Shown here in pieces: positions 7,880 to 17,983 of a stretch of 32,000 nt of DNA. This stretch comes from Streptococcus phage Dp-1: sequence record NC_015274.1, one strand, 5' to 3'. The position numbers and the translations under genes are program-made. The stretch's first letter is position 1, and every line of letters starts with the position of its first letter. The notes beneath the pieces are model-generated. The model was not told the origin of the DNA and did no database searches. It saw only the letters and a program-made list of their open reading frames with translations.

Positions 7880-10800
7880 ATGGATTTTGGGTCAATTGCA
7901 GCAAAAATGACTTTGGATATCTCAAACTTCACAAGTCAATTAAATCTTGCTCAAAGTCAAGCGCAACGGCTCGCACTAGAGTCTTCGAAGTCCTTTCAAA
8001 TTGGTTCTGCTTTAACAGGATTAGGGAAAGGACTTACGACTGCGGTTACCCTTCCTCTTATGGGATTTGCAGCCGCCTCTATTAAAGTAGGGAATGAATT
8101 CCAAGCTCAAATGTCCCGTGTTCAAGCTATTGCAGGAGCGACAGCGGAAGAGCTTGGTAGAATGAAGACTCAAGCAATCGACCTTGGTGCTAAAACTGCT
8201 TTTAGTGCAAAAGAGGCGGCTCAAGGTATGGAAAATCTAGCTTCAGCCGGTTTCCAGGTAAATGAAATCATGGACGCTATGCCAGGGGTACTTGACCTGG
8301 CTGCCGTATCTGGAGGAGATGTGGCCGCGAGCTCCGAGGCCATGGCTAGTTCACTTCGAGCCTTTGGATTAGAGGCAAACCAGGCGGGTCACGTGGCTGA
8401 CGTATTTGCTCGAGCAGCAGCTGATACGAACGCAGAAACTAGCGACATGGCAGAGGCGATGAAATACGTCGCACCCGTTGCTCACTCTATGGGCTTGAGC
8501 CTTGAAGAAACGGCTGCGTCTATTGGGATTATGGCCGACGCCGGTATTAAGGGCTCGCAAGCCGGAACCACGCTTAGAGGCGCTCTCTCGCGTATTGCCA
8601 AACCTACGAAAGCGATGGTCAAATCAATGCAGGAATTAGGAGTTTCGTTCTACGACGCGAACGGAAACATGATTCCACTAAGAGAACAAATCGCTCAACT
8701 GAAAACAGCTACTGCAGGACTAACACAAGAGGAACGAAATCGTCACCTTGTTACCTTGTATGGCCAAAACTCGTTGTCAGGTATGCTTGCACTATTAGAC
8801 GCAGGTCCTGAGAAATTGGATAAGATGACCAATGCTCTCGTGAACTCGGACGGAGCTGCTAAGGAAATGGCAGAAACTATGCAGGACAACCTTGCTAGTA
8901 AAATCGAGCAAATGGGAGGAGCTTTCGAGTCTGTTGCTATTATTGTTCAACAAATCCTTGAGCCTGCACTTGCTAAAATCGTGGGAGCAATCACAAAAGT
9001 TCTCGAAGCATTCGTAAATATGTCACCTATCGGTCAAAAGATGGTTGTCATATTCGCAGGAATGGTTGCAGCCCTTGGACCACTGCTTCTAATTGCAGGA
9101 ATGGTGATGACAACTATTGTCAAGTTAAGAATTGCTATTCAGTTTTTAGGTCCAGCATTTATGGGAACGATGGGAACCATTGCAGGAGTTATAGCAATAT
9201 TCTATGCTCTGGTCGCCGTGTTCATGATAGCCTACACAAAATCGGAGAGATTTAGAAACTTTATCAACAGTCTTGCGCCTGCTATTAAAGCTGGGTTTGG
9301 AGGAGCGTTGGAATGGCTACTTCCACGACTGAAAGAGTTAGGAGAATGGTTACAGAAGGCAGGCGAGAAGGCGAAAGAGTTCGGTCAGTCTGTAGGGTCT
9401 AAAGTGTCAAAACTGCTCGAACAGTTTGGAATAAGTATCGGTCAGGCAGGAGGCTCGATTGGTCAGTTCATTGGAAATGTTCTCGAAAGGCTAGGAGGCG
9501 CATTTGGAAAAGTAGGAGGAGTCATTTCAATTGCTGTTTCACTTGTAACAAAATTCGGTCTCGCATTTCTAGGGATTACAGGACCACTCGGGATTGCTAT
9601 TAGTCTGTTAGTTTCATTTTTGACAGCTTGGGCTAGAACAGGTGAGTTCAACGCAGACGGAATTACTCAAGTATTCGAAAACTTGACAAACACAATTCAG
9701 TCGACGGCTGATTTCATCTCTCAATACCTTCCAGTCTTTGTCGAAAAAGGAACTCAAATTTTAGTTAAGATTATTGAAGGAATTGCATCTGCTGTTCCTC
9801 AAGTAGTTGAAGTGATTTCACAAGTCATTGAAAATATTGTGATGACAATTTCGACAGTTATGCCTCAATTAGTCGAAGCAGGAATTAAGATACTCGAAGC
9901 GCTTATAAATGGTCTTGTTCAATCTCTTCCTACTATCATTCAAGCAGCTGTTCAAATTATCACTGCTTTATTCAATGGTCTTGTTCAGGCACTTCCTACG
10001 CTTATTCAAGCAGGTCTTCAAATTTTGTCAGCTCTCATAAACGGACTAGTTCAAGCGCTTCCGGCAATTATTCAAGCAGCTGTTCAAATTATCATGTCGC
10101 TTGTTCAAGCACTAATTGAAAACTTGCCTATGATAATCGAAGCAGCGATGCAGATTATAATGGGTCTAGTCAACGCACTGATTGAAAATATAGGACCTAT
10201 CTTAGAAGCAGGGATTCAAATTCTAATGGCTTTAATCGAGGGACTTATTCAAGTGCTTCCTGAACTAATTACAGCAGCGATTCAAATCATTACTTCACTA
10301 TTAGAAGCAATCTTGTCGAACCTTCCTCAACTTCTAGAAGCCGGAGTTAAATTGCTTTTATCACTTCTTCAAGGGTTGCTAAATATGCTTCCTCAACTAA
10401 TTGCAGGGGCTTTGCAAATCATGATGGCACTTCTTAAAGCAGTTATCGACTTCGTCCCTAAACTTCTTCAAGCAGGTGTTCAACTTCTTAAGGCATTGAT
10501 TCAAGGTATTGCTTCACTTCTCGGCTCACTTTTATCGACAGCTGGAAACATGCTTTCATCATTAGTTAGCAAGATTGCTAGCTTTGTGGGACAGATGGTT
10601 TCAGGAGGTGCGAACCTGATTCGAAACTTCATTAGTGGTATTGGGTCAATGATTGGTTCAGCTGTCTCTAAAATTGGCAGCATGGGAACTTCAATTGTTT
10701 CTAAGGTTACTGGATTCGCTGGACAAATGGTAAGCGCAGGGGTCAACCTTGTTCGAGGATTTATCAATGGTATCAGTTCCATGGTAAGTTCTGCGGTAAG

Positions 10801-11329
10801 TGCGGCGGCTAATATGGCTAGCAGTGCATTAAATGCCGTTAAGGGATTCTTAGGTATTCACTCTCCTTCACGTGTCATGGAGCAGATGGGTATCTATACG
10901 GGTCAAGGGTTCGTAAATGGTATTGGTAACATGATTCGAACTACACGTGACAAGGCTAAAGAAATGGCTGAAACTGTTACTGAAGCTCTCAGCGACGTGA
11001 AGATGGATATTCAAGAAAATGGAGTTATAGAAAAGGTTAAATCAGTTTACGAAAAGATGGCTGACCAACTTCCTGAAACTCTTCCAGCTCCTGATTTCGA
11101 AGATGTTCGTAAAGCAGCCGGTTCGCCTCGAGTGGACTTGTTCAATACAGGAAGTGACAACCCTAACCAACCTCAGTCACAATCTAAAAACAATCAAGGC
11201 GAGCAAACCGTTGTCAACATTGGAACAATCGTAGTTCGAAACAATGACGACGTTGACAAACTGTCGAGAGGATTGTATAATAGAAGTAAAGAAACTCTAT
11301 CAGGGTTTGGTAACATTGTAACACCGTAA
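7880..11329 (+). CDS. Tail tape measure protein
   Basis: 1149 aa. N-terminal TMP-type region (AFAAASIKVGNEFQAQMSRVQAIAGAT...), hydrophobic central repeats, C-terminal GIHSPSRVMEQMGIYTGQGFVNGI motif. Confidence 0.95.
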   Translation: MDFGSIAAKMTLDISNFTSQLNLAQSQAQRLALESSKSFQIGSALTGLGKGLTTAVTLPLMGFAAASIKVGNEFQAQMSRVQAIAGATAEELGRMKTQAIDLGAKTAFSAKEAAQGMENLASAGFQVNEIMDAMPGVLDLAAVSGGDVAASSEAMASSLRAFGLEANQAGHVADVFARAAADTNAETSDMAEAMKYVAPVAHSMGLSLEETAASIGIMADAGIKGSQAGTTLRGALSRIAKPTKAMVKSMQELGVSFYDANGNMIPLREQIAQLKTATAGLTQEERNRHLVTLYGQNSLSGMLALLDAGPEKLDKMTNALVNSDGAAKEMAETMQDNLASKIEQMGGAFESVAIIVQQILEPALAKIVGAITKVLEAFVNMSPIGQKMVVIFAGMVAALGPLLLIAGMVMTTIVKLRIAIQFLGPAFMGTMGTIAGVIAIFYALVAVFMIAYTKSERFRNFINSLAPAIKAGFGGALEWLLPRLKELGEWLQKAGEKAKEFGQSVGSKVSKLLEQFGISIGQAGGSIGQFIGNVLERLGGAFGKVGGVISIAVSLVTKFGLAFLGITGPLGIAISLLVSFLTAWARTGEFNADGITQVFENLTNTIQSTADFISQYLPVFVEKGTQILVKIIEGIASAVPQVVEVISQVIENIVMTISTVMPQLVEAGIKILEALINGLVQSLPTIIQAAVQIITALFNGLVQALPTLIQAGLQILSALINGLVQALPAIIQAAVQIIMSLVQALIENLPMIIEAAMQIIMGLVNALIENIGPILEAGIQILMALIEGLIQVLPELITAAIQIITSLLEAILSNLPQLLEAGVKLLLSLLQGLLNMLPQLIAGALQIMMALLKAVIDFVPKLLQAGVQLLKALIQGIASLLGSLLSTAGNMLSSLVSKIASFVGQMVSGGANLIRNFISGIGSMIGSAVSKIGSMGTSIVSKVTGFAGQMVSAGVNLVRGFINGISSMVSSAVSAAANMASSALNAVKGFLGIHSPSRVMEQMGIYTGQGFVNGIGNMIRTTRDKAKEMAETVTEALSDVKMDIQENGVIEKVKSVYEKMADQLPETLPAPDFEDVRKAAGSPRVDLFNTGSDNPNQPQSQSKNNQGEQTVVNIGTIVVRNNDDVDKLSRGLYNRSKETLSGFGNIVTP
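9800..10525 (+). repeat. Eleven diverged tandem 22-aa (66-bp) repeats within the tape measure protein
   Basis: In-phase units such as TIIQAAVQIITALFNGLVQALP / TLIQAGLQILSALINGLVQALP / AIIQAAVQIIMSLVQALIENLP; 11 x 66 bp = 726 bp fits exactly. Confidence 0.9.
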
Positions 11330-11340
11330 AGGAGAAATAG

Positions 11341-12180
11341 ATGGCTAGCAGACAGACGCTATTGGTCGACGGAATTGACCTTGTCGACAAAGGTGCAACC
11401 GTGCTAGAATATGTAGGACTCACTTTCGCAGGATTTAAGGACTCAGGATTTAAAAACCCTGAAGGCATAGACGGAGTATTAGATTCTCCGTCTAATGCTA
11501 TGTCCGCTCTTACTGGAAGCGTGACCTTAATGTTCCACGGAGAAACCGAAAAGCAAGTTAATCAAAAATACAGGCAGTTCAAACAATTTATTCGCTCGAA
11601 GTCATTTTGGAGAATTTCGACACTTGAAGACCCTGGATACTATCGAACGGGAAAATTTTTAGGAGAAACCGAGCAAGGAAAACTTGTAGACGTTCAAGCC
11701 TTTAAAGATACTTCCCTTGTAGTTAAATTAGGGATTCAGTTCAAAGATGCTTACGAGTACAGCGACTCAACTGTTCGAAAGGTTTATAAGTTTCAACCCG
11801 CTTTGGGAGGCGATAGCTTACCTAACCCAGGAAGACCTACTCGACAATTTAGAGTAGAAATAAGAACTACTTCTCAAATCAAAGGATATTTTCGAATTGG
11901 CGAAAAAAGTTCAGGACAGTTTGTTGAGTTCGGTACTAATTCAGTATTGATGGAAAGTGGCTCGATTATTATTCTAAATCTTGGAACTTTTGAACTTATT
12001 AAAATTAGCAGTGCAAATCAAGCGACTAACTTATTTAGATACATTAAACGAGGCGCATTCTTCAAGATTCCTAATGGAAATTCAACAATTACCATTGAAT
12101 ACCGAGCCGATGACGCAGCAGCTTGGACCTCTACTCTTCCCGCTCAAGTTGAACTGTTTCTAAATCCGTCTTACTATTAG
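11341..12180 (+). CDS. Distal tail protein (Dit-like)
   Basis: 279 aa, directly after the TMP. Starts MASRQTLLVDGIDLVDKGATVLEYVGLTFAG and contains a GSVTLMFHGE type N-terminal region. Confidence 0.75.
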   Translation: MASRQTLLVDGIDLVDKGATVLEYVGLTFAGFKDSGFKNPEGIDGVLDSPSNAMSALTGSVTLMFHGETEKQVNQKYRQFKQFIRSKSFWRISTLEDPGYYRTGKFLGETEQGKLVDVQAFKDTSLVVKLGIQFKDAYEYSDSTVRKVYKFQPALGGDSLPNPGRPTRQFRVEIRTTSQIKGYFRIGEKSSGQFVEFGTNSVLMESGSIIILNLGTFELIKISSANQATNLFRYIKRGAFFKIPNGNSTITIEYRADDAAAWTSTLPAQVELFLNPSYY

Positions 12181-12191
12181 AAAGGGAATAT

Positions 12192-15100
12192 ATGATTGAC
12201 AATAATTTACCTATGAGTCCAATTCCTGGCGAAATTGTTCAAGTATATGACCAAAACTTCAATCTAATTGGAGCAAGTGATGAAATCTTTAGCAAGCATT
12301 ACGAAGACGAAATTGTGACTCGAGCTCGAGGAAAAGAAACTTTCACTTTTGAAAGTATTGAAACCTCATCTATCTATCAACACTTAAAGGTTGAAAACAT
12401 TATCCAGTATGGAGGAAGATGGTTTCGAATTAAATATGCTCAGGACGTAGAAGATGTCAAAGGGCTTACCAAGTTTACCTGCTACGCATTATGGTATGAA
12501 CTAGCAGAAGGCTTGCCTAGGAAGTTGAAACACGTTGCTTCTTCTGTAGGCGCTGTCGCGCTAGATATTATCAAAGACGCAGGTGAATGGGTTCGACTAG
12601 TTTGTCCTCCTGACGGTGCTAACAAACAAGTTCGAAGCATAACAGCCGCAGAAAATTCAATGCTTTGGCATCTTCGATATCTTGCAAAGCAATACAATTT
12701 AGAATTGACATTTGGTTATGAAGAAATTATCAAGCAAGAGGTTAGAATTGTTCAAACCGTTGTATTTCTTCAGCCTTATGTCGAGTCTAAAGTAGACTTT
12801 CCTCTTGTAGTTGAAGAGAATTTGAAATATGTCACTAGGCAGGAAGATTCTCGAAACCTGTGTACGGCTTACAAGTTGACAGGTAAAAAGGAAGAAGGCA
12901 GTCAAGAGCCTTTAACGTTTGCTTCTATCAACAATGGAAGTGAATATCTCATTGATGTTTCGTGGTTTACTACACGCCACATGAAGCCTCGATATATTGC
13001 TAAATCTAAAAGCGACGAACATTTTAGAATTAAAGAAAATTTGATGAGTGCTGCGCGTGCTTATCTTGACATCTACAGTCGCCCACTAATTGGATATGAG
13101 GCTTCAGCGGTCCTTTATAACAAGGTTCCTGACTTGCATCATACTCAACTAATTGTCGACGACCATTATGATGTTATCGAGTGGCGAAAGATATCTGCTC
13201 GAAAAATTGACTACGACGACCTTTCAAACTCTACTATCATTTTCCAAGACCCTCGAAAAGACTTGATGGACTTGCTAAATGAGGACGGCGAAGGAGTCCT
13301 TTCAGGGGAAACTGTAAATGAGTCCCAAGTTGTTATTAGATACGCAGATGACATTTTAGGGACTAATTTTAATGCAGAATCTGGGAAATACATTGGTGTC
13401 CTTAATACTAATAAGAAACCGAGCGAATTAGTTCCTGACGACTTTACATGGATTCGACTAGAAGGTCCTAAAGGTGACGCAGGTTTACCGGGAGCTCCTG
13501 GGCGTGATGGAGTCGACGGTGTACCTGGAAAGAGCGGAGTAGGGATAGCAGATACAGCTATCACTTATGCTGTATCCGTTTCCGGAACGCAAGAGCCTGA
13601 AAATGGATGGAGCGAACAAGTTCCTGAACTCATAAAAGGTCGATTCTTGTGGACTAAAACATTTTGGAGATATACTGACGGCTCACATGAAACTGGATAC
13701 TCCGTTGCCTATATAGGGCAAGACGGAAATTCCGGAAAAGACGGAATCGCAGGTAAGGACGGAGTAGGTATAGCCGCAACTGAAGTCATGTATGCAAGTT
13801 CGCCATCTGCTACTGAAGCTCCAGCTGGTGGATGGTCTACGCAAGTTCCTACCGTCCCAGGTGGTCAGTATTTATGGACTCGAACAAGATGGCGCTACAC
13901 TGACCAAACTGATGAAATTGGATATTCAGTTTCAAGAATGGGCGAGCAGGGTCCTAAAGGTGACGCAGGTCGTGACGGTATTGCAGGAAAGAACGGAATA
14001 GGGTTGAAGTCAACTTCAGTTTCTTATGGAATTAGTCCCACTGATTCTGCGATTCCTGGAGTATGGGCTTCACAAGTTCCTTCTTTAATCAAAGGTCAAT
14101 ATCTTTGGACTCGAACTATTTGGACCTATACCGATTCAACTACCGAAACGGGCTATCAAAAAACCTACATTCCAAAAGACGGGAATGACGGTAAAAATGG
14201 AATTGCTGGTAAGGATGGGGTAGGAATTAAGTCTACGACCATTACCTACGCAGGCTCAACCTCAGGAACAGTTGCGCCTACTTCAAATTGGACTTCTGCT
14301 ATTCCAAATGTTCAACCGGGATTCTTCTTGTGGACGAAAACTGTTTGGAACTATACTGATGACACTAGCGAAACAGGTTACTCAGTTTCCAAGATAGGTG
14401 AAACAGGTCCTAGAGGAGTTCAAGGTCTTCAAGGTCCTCAAGGGCTTCAAGGAATTCCTGGACCTGCAGGAGCTGACGGACGTTCGCAATATACTCACCT
14501 CGCTTTCTCTAATAGTCCAAACGGTGAGGGATTTAGTCATACTGACAGCGGACGAGCATACGTCGGTCAGTATCAAGATTTCAATCCCGTCCATTCAAAA
14601 GACCCTGCAGCCTATACATGGACGAAATGGAAGGGGAATGACGGAGCTCAAGGGATACCCGGGAAGCCAGGCGCAGACGGTAAGACTAATTATTTCCATA
14701 TAGCTTACGCTTCAAGTGCAGACGGATCACGTGAGTTCAGTTTGGAAGATAATAATCAACAATATATGGGTTATTACTCCGATTATGAGCAAGCAGATAG
14801 CAGGGATCGAACTAAGTATCGATGGTTTGACCGCCTTGCCAATGTTCAAGTGGGAGGTCGAAACGAGTTCCTTAATTCTTTATTTGAATTTGGTTTAAAA
14901 CCTCGCTATTCTAGTTACAATCTAATGGACGGACAAGATCAAACGCAAGGACAGATATCTGCTACTATTGACGAACGTCAACGGTTCAAAGGTGCTAACT
15001 CTTTACGACTTGACTCAACATGGAACGGTAAACCGCAGAACCAAAAACTGACCTTTTCTTTAGGAGGAGATACGCGATTAGGTACTCCAACCGAGTGGTC

Positions 15101-15884
15101 TAATTTAGAAGGTCGTATCAGTTTCTGGGCTAAGGCCTCTAGGAACGGAGTGAGCTTAGCTGCACGGCCGGGTTATCGTAGTAACGTATTTACCGCAACC
15201 TTAACCGATCAATGGAAGTTCTACGATTTTAAATTCTTTGACAAAGTTAATTCAAATTGTACCGCTGAAGCAATTTTCCATGTATTCACTCAAAGTTGTT
15301 CAGTGTGGCTCAATCATATTAAAATCGAACTTGGTAATATCTCTACTCCTTTTAGTGAAGCAGAGGAAGACCTTAAATATCGAATTGACTCAAAAGCCGA
15401 TCAAAAGCTAACTAACCAACAGTTGACGGCACTCACGGAAAAGGCTCAACTACATGACGCAGAACTGAAAGCTAAGGCTACAATGGAGCAGTTAAGTAAC
15501 TTAGAAAAGGCTTATGAAGGTAGAATGAAAGCTAATGAAGAAGCTATCAAAAAATCGGAAGCCGACCTAATCTTAGCGGCAAGTCGAATTGAAGCTACTA
15601 TCCAAGAACTTGGCGGGCTACGGGAACTGAAGAAGTTCGTCGACAGTTACATGAGCTCTTCTAATGAAGGTCTAATTATCGGTAAGAACGACGGTAGCTC
15701 TACCATTAAGGTATCAAGTGACCGAATTTCTATGTTCTCCGCAGGGAATGAAGTTATGTACCTTACGCAAGGGTTCATTCACATCGATAACGGGATCTTT
15801 ACCCAATCCATTCAAGTCGGCCGATTTAGAACGGAACAATACTCGTTTAATCCAGACATGAACGTGATTCGGTATGTAGGATAA
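12192..15884 (+). CDS. Large tail-associated protein (Tal-like N-terminus, repeat modules, collagen-like Gly-X-Y segments)
   Basis: 1230 aa after Dit; several GPKGDAGLPGAPGRDG / GPRGVQGLQGPQGLQGIPGPAG segments and repeated aromatic modules. Confidence 0.85.
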   Translation: MIDNNLPMSPIPGEIVQVYDQNFNLIGASDEIFSKHYEDEIVTRARGKETFTFESIETSSIYQHLKVENIIQYGGRWFRIKYAQDVEDVKGLTKFTCYALWYELAEGLPRKLKHVASSVGAVALDIIKDAGEWVRLVCPPDGANKQVRSITAAENSMLWHLRYLAKQYNLELTFGYEEIIKQEVRIVQTVVFLQPYVESKVDFPLVVEENLKYVTRQEDSRNLCTAYKLTGKKEEGSQEPLTFASINNGSEYLIDVSWFTTRHMKPRYIAKSKSDEHFRIKENLMSAARAYLDIYSRPLIGYEASAVLYNKVPDLHHTQLIVDDHYDVIEWRKISARKIDYDDLSNSTIIFQDPRKDLMDLLNEDGEGVLSGETVNESQVVIRYADDILGTNFNAESGKYIGVLNTNKKPSELVPDDFTWIRLEGPKGDAGLPGAPGRDGVDGVPGKSGVGIADTAITYAVSVSGTQEPENGWSEQVPELIKGRFLWTKTFWRYTDGSHETGYSVAYIGQDGNSGKDGIAGKDGVGIAATEVMYASSPSATEAPAGGWSTQVPTVPGGQYLWTRTRWRYTDQTDEIGYSVSRMGEQGPKGDAGRDGIAGKNGIGLKSTSVSYGISPTDSAIPGVWASQVPSLIKGQYLWTRTIWTYTDSTTETGYQKTYIPKDGNDGKNGIAGKDGVGIKSTTITYAGSTSGTVAPTSNWTSAIPNVQPGFFLWTKTVWNYTDDTSETGYSVSKIGETGPRGVQGLQGPQGLQGIPGPAGADGRSQYTHLAFSNSPNGEGFSHTDSGRAYVGQYQDFNPVHSKDPAAYTWTKWKGNDGAQGIPGKPGADGKTNYFHIAYASSADGSREFSLEDNNQQYMGYYSDYEQADSRDRTKYRWFDRLANVQVGGRNEFLNSLFEFGLKPRYSSYNLMDGQDQTQGQISATIDERQRFKGANSLRLDSTWNGKPQNQKLTFSLGGDTRLGTPTEWSNLEGRISFWAKASRNGVSLAARPGYRSNVFTATLTDQWKFYDFKFFDKVNSNCTAEAIFHVFTQSCSVWLNHIKIELGNISTPFSEAEEDLKYRIDSKADQKLTNQQLTALTEKAQLHDAELKAKATMEQLSNLEKAYEGRMKANEEAIKKSEADLILAASRIEATIQELGGLRELKKFVDSYMSSSNEGLIIGKNDGSSTIKVSSDRISMFSAGNEVMYLTQGFIHIDNGIFTQSIQVGRFRTEQYSFNPDMNVIRYVG
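13539..14480 (+). repeat. Four tandem 74-78-aa modules in the tail protein
   Basis: Modules start at 13539, 13764, 13998 and 14220. Shared core is VGI.ST.ItYa.S.sgt.aP...W...VP.l..GqflWTrT.W.YTD...ETGYSvs.ig..G..G..GiaGkdG. Confidence 0.85.
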
Positions 15885-15894
15885 GGAGAATAAC

Positions 15895-17934
15895 ATGACA
15901 AAATTTATCAACTCATACGGCCCTCTTCACTTGAACCTTTACGTCGAACAAGTTAGTCAGGACGTAACGAACAACTCCTCGCGAGTTAGTTGGCGAGCTA
16001 CTGTCGACCGCGATGGAGCTTATCGAACGTGGACTTATGGAAATATTAGTAACCTTTCCGTATGGTTAAATGGTTCAAGTGTTCATAGCAGTCACCCAGA
16101 CTACGACACGTCCGGCGAAGAGGTAACGCTCGCAAGTGGAGAAGTGACTGTTCCTCACAATAGTGACGGGACAAAGACAATGTCCGTTTGGGCTTCGTTT
16201 GACCCTAATAACGGCGTTCACGGAAATATCACTATCTCTACTAATTACACTTTAGACAGTATTCCAAGGTCTACACAGATTTCTAGTTTTGAGGGAAATC
16301 GAAATCTAGGATCTTTACATACGGTTATCTTTAACCGAAAAGTGAACTCTTTTACGCATCAAGTTTGGTACCGAGTTTTCGGTAGCGACTGGATAGATTT
16401 AGGTAAGAACCATACTACTAGCGTATCCTTTACGCCGTCACTGGACTTAGCAAGGTACTTACCTAAATCAAGTTCCGGAACAATGGACATCTGTATTCGA
16501 ACCTATAACGGAACTACGCAAATTGGTAGTGACGTCTATTCAAACGGATGGAGGTTCAACATCCCCGATTCAGTACGTCCTACTTTTTCGGGCATTTCTT
16601 TAGTAGACACGACTTCAGCGGTTCGACAGATTTTAACAGGGAACAACTTCCTCCAAATCATGTCGAACATTCAAGTCAACTTCAACAATGCTTCCGGCGC
16701 TTACGGATCCACTATCCAAGCATTTCACGCTGAGCTCGTAGGTAAAAACCAAGCTATCAACGAAAACGGCGGCAAATTGGGTATGATGAACTTTAATGGC
16801 TCCGCTACCGTAAGAGCATGGGTTACAGACACGCGAGGAAAACAATCGAACGTCCAAGACGTATCTATCAATGTTATAGAATACTATGGACCGTCTATCA
16901 ATTTCTCCGTTCAACGTACTCGTCAAAATCCTGCAATTATCCAAGCTCTTCGAAATGCTAAGGTCGCACCTATAACGGTAGGAGGTCAACAGAAAAACAT
17001 CATGCAAATTACCTTCTCCGTGGCGCCGTTGAACACTACTAATTTCACAGAAGATAGAGGTTCGGCGTCAGGGACGTTCACTACTATTTCCCTAATGACT
17101 AACTCGTCCGCGAACTTAGCTGGTAACTACGGGCCGGACAAGTCTTACATAGTTAAGGCTAAAATCCAAGACAGGTTCACTTCGACTGAATTTAGTGCTA
17201 CGGTAGCTACCGAATCAGTAGTTCTTAACTATGACAAGGACGGTCGACTTGGAGTTGGTAAGGTTGTAGAACAAGGGAAGGCAGGGTCAATTGATGCAGC
17301 AGGTGATATATATGCTGGAGGTCGACAAGTTCAACAGTTTCAGCTCACTGATAATAATGGAGCATTGAACAGGGGTCAATATAACGATGTTTGGAATAAG
17401 CGTGAAACAGAGTTTACATGGCGAAGTAACAAATACGAGGACAACCCTACGGGAACTCGAGGTGAATGGGGACTATTTCAAAATTTCTGGTTAGATAGCT
17501 GGAAAATGGTTCAATCCTTCATTACAATGTCAGGAAGAATGTTCATCAGGACAGCGAACGATGGAAACAGCTGGAGACCTAACAAGTGGAAAGAGGTTCT
17601 ATTTAAGCAAGACTTCGAACAGAATAATTGGCAGAAACTTGTTCTTCAAAGTGGGTGGAACCATCACTCAACCTATGGCGACGCATTCTATTCGAAAACT
17701 CTTGACGGCATAGTATATTTGAGAGGAAATGTGCATAAAGGACTTATCGACAAAGAGGCTACTATTGCAGTACTTCCTGAAGGATTTAGACCGAAAGTTT
17801 CAATGTATCTTCAGGCTCTCAATAACTCATATGGAAATGCCATTCTATGTATATACACTGACGGAAGACTTGTGGTGAAATCGAATGTAGATAATTCTTG
17901 GTTAAATTTAGACAATGTCTCATTTCGTATTTAA
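15895..17934 (+). CDS. Minor structural protein (DUF859-like), probable tail tip / host interaction protein
   Basis: 679 aa downstream of Tal-like gene and upstream of the lysis cassette; beta-rich repeats; family resemblance to streptococcal DUF859 proteins. Confidence 0.65.
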   Translation: MTKFINSYGPLHLNLYVEQVSQDVTNNSSRVSWRATVDRDGAYRTWTYGNISNLSVWLNGSSVHSSHPDYDTSGEEVTLASGEVTVPHNSDGTKTMSVWASFDPNNGVHGNITISTNYTLDSIPRSTQISSFEGNRNLGSLHTVIFNRKVNSFTHQVWYRVFGSDWIDLGKNHTTSVSFTPSLDLARYLPKSSSGTMDICIRTYNGTTQIGSDVYSNGWRFNIPDSVRPTFSGISLVDTTSAVRQILTGNNFLQIMSNIQVNFNNASGAYGSTIQAFHAELVGKNQAINENGGKLGMMNFNGSATVRAWVTDTRGKQSNVQDVSINVIEYYGPSINFSVQRTRQNPAIIQALRNAKVAPITVGGQQKNIMQITFSVAPLNTTNFTEDRGSASGTFTTISLMTNSSANLAGNYGPDKSYIVKAKIQDRFTSTEFSATVATESVVLNYDKDGRLGVGKVVEQGKAGSIDAAGDIYAGGRQVQQFQLTDNNGALNRGQYNDVWNKRETEFTWRSNKYEDNPTGTRGEWGLFQNFWLDSWKMVQSFITMSGRMFIRTANDGNSWRPNKWKEVLFKQDFEQNNWQKLVLQSGWNHHSTYGDAFYSKTLDGIVYLRGNVHKGLIDKEATIAVLPEGFRPKVSMYLQALNNSYGNAILCIYTDGRLVVKSNVDNSWLNLDNVSFRI

Positions 17935-17949
17935 TTTGAGCTGAAATCA

Positions 17950-17958
17950 TGTTATAAT
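17950..17958 (+). promoter_or_regulatory. Candidate extended -10 promoter for lysis cassette (TGTTATAAT)
   Basis: TG-n-TATAAT in the 50-nt gap before the lysis genes; weak or absent -35. Confidence 0.5.
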
Positions 17959-17983
17959 ATTTTTTAGAAAGGAGGTGAGAACT

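Noticed and set aside
9800-10525. Considered a CRISPR-like or non-coding tandem array
   Set aside because: Repeats are diverged at DNA level, in frame, and conserved as protein; they belong to the tape measure gene.
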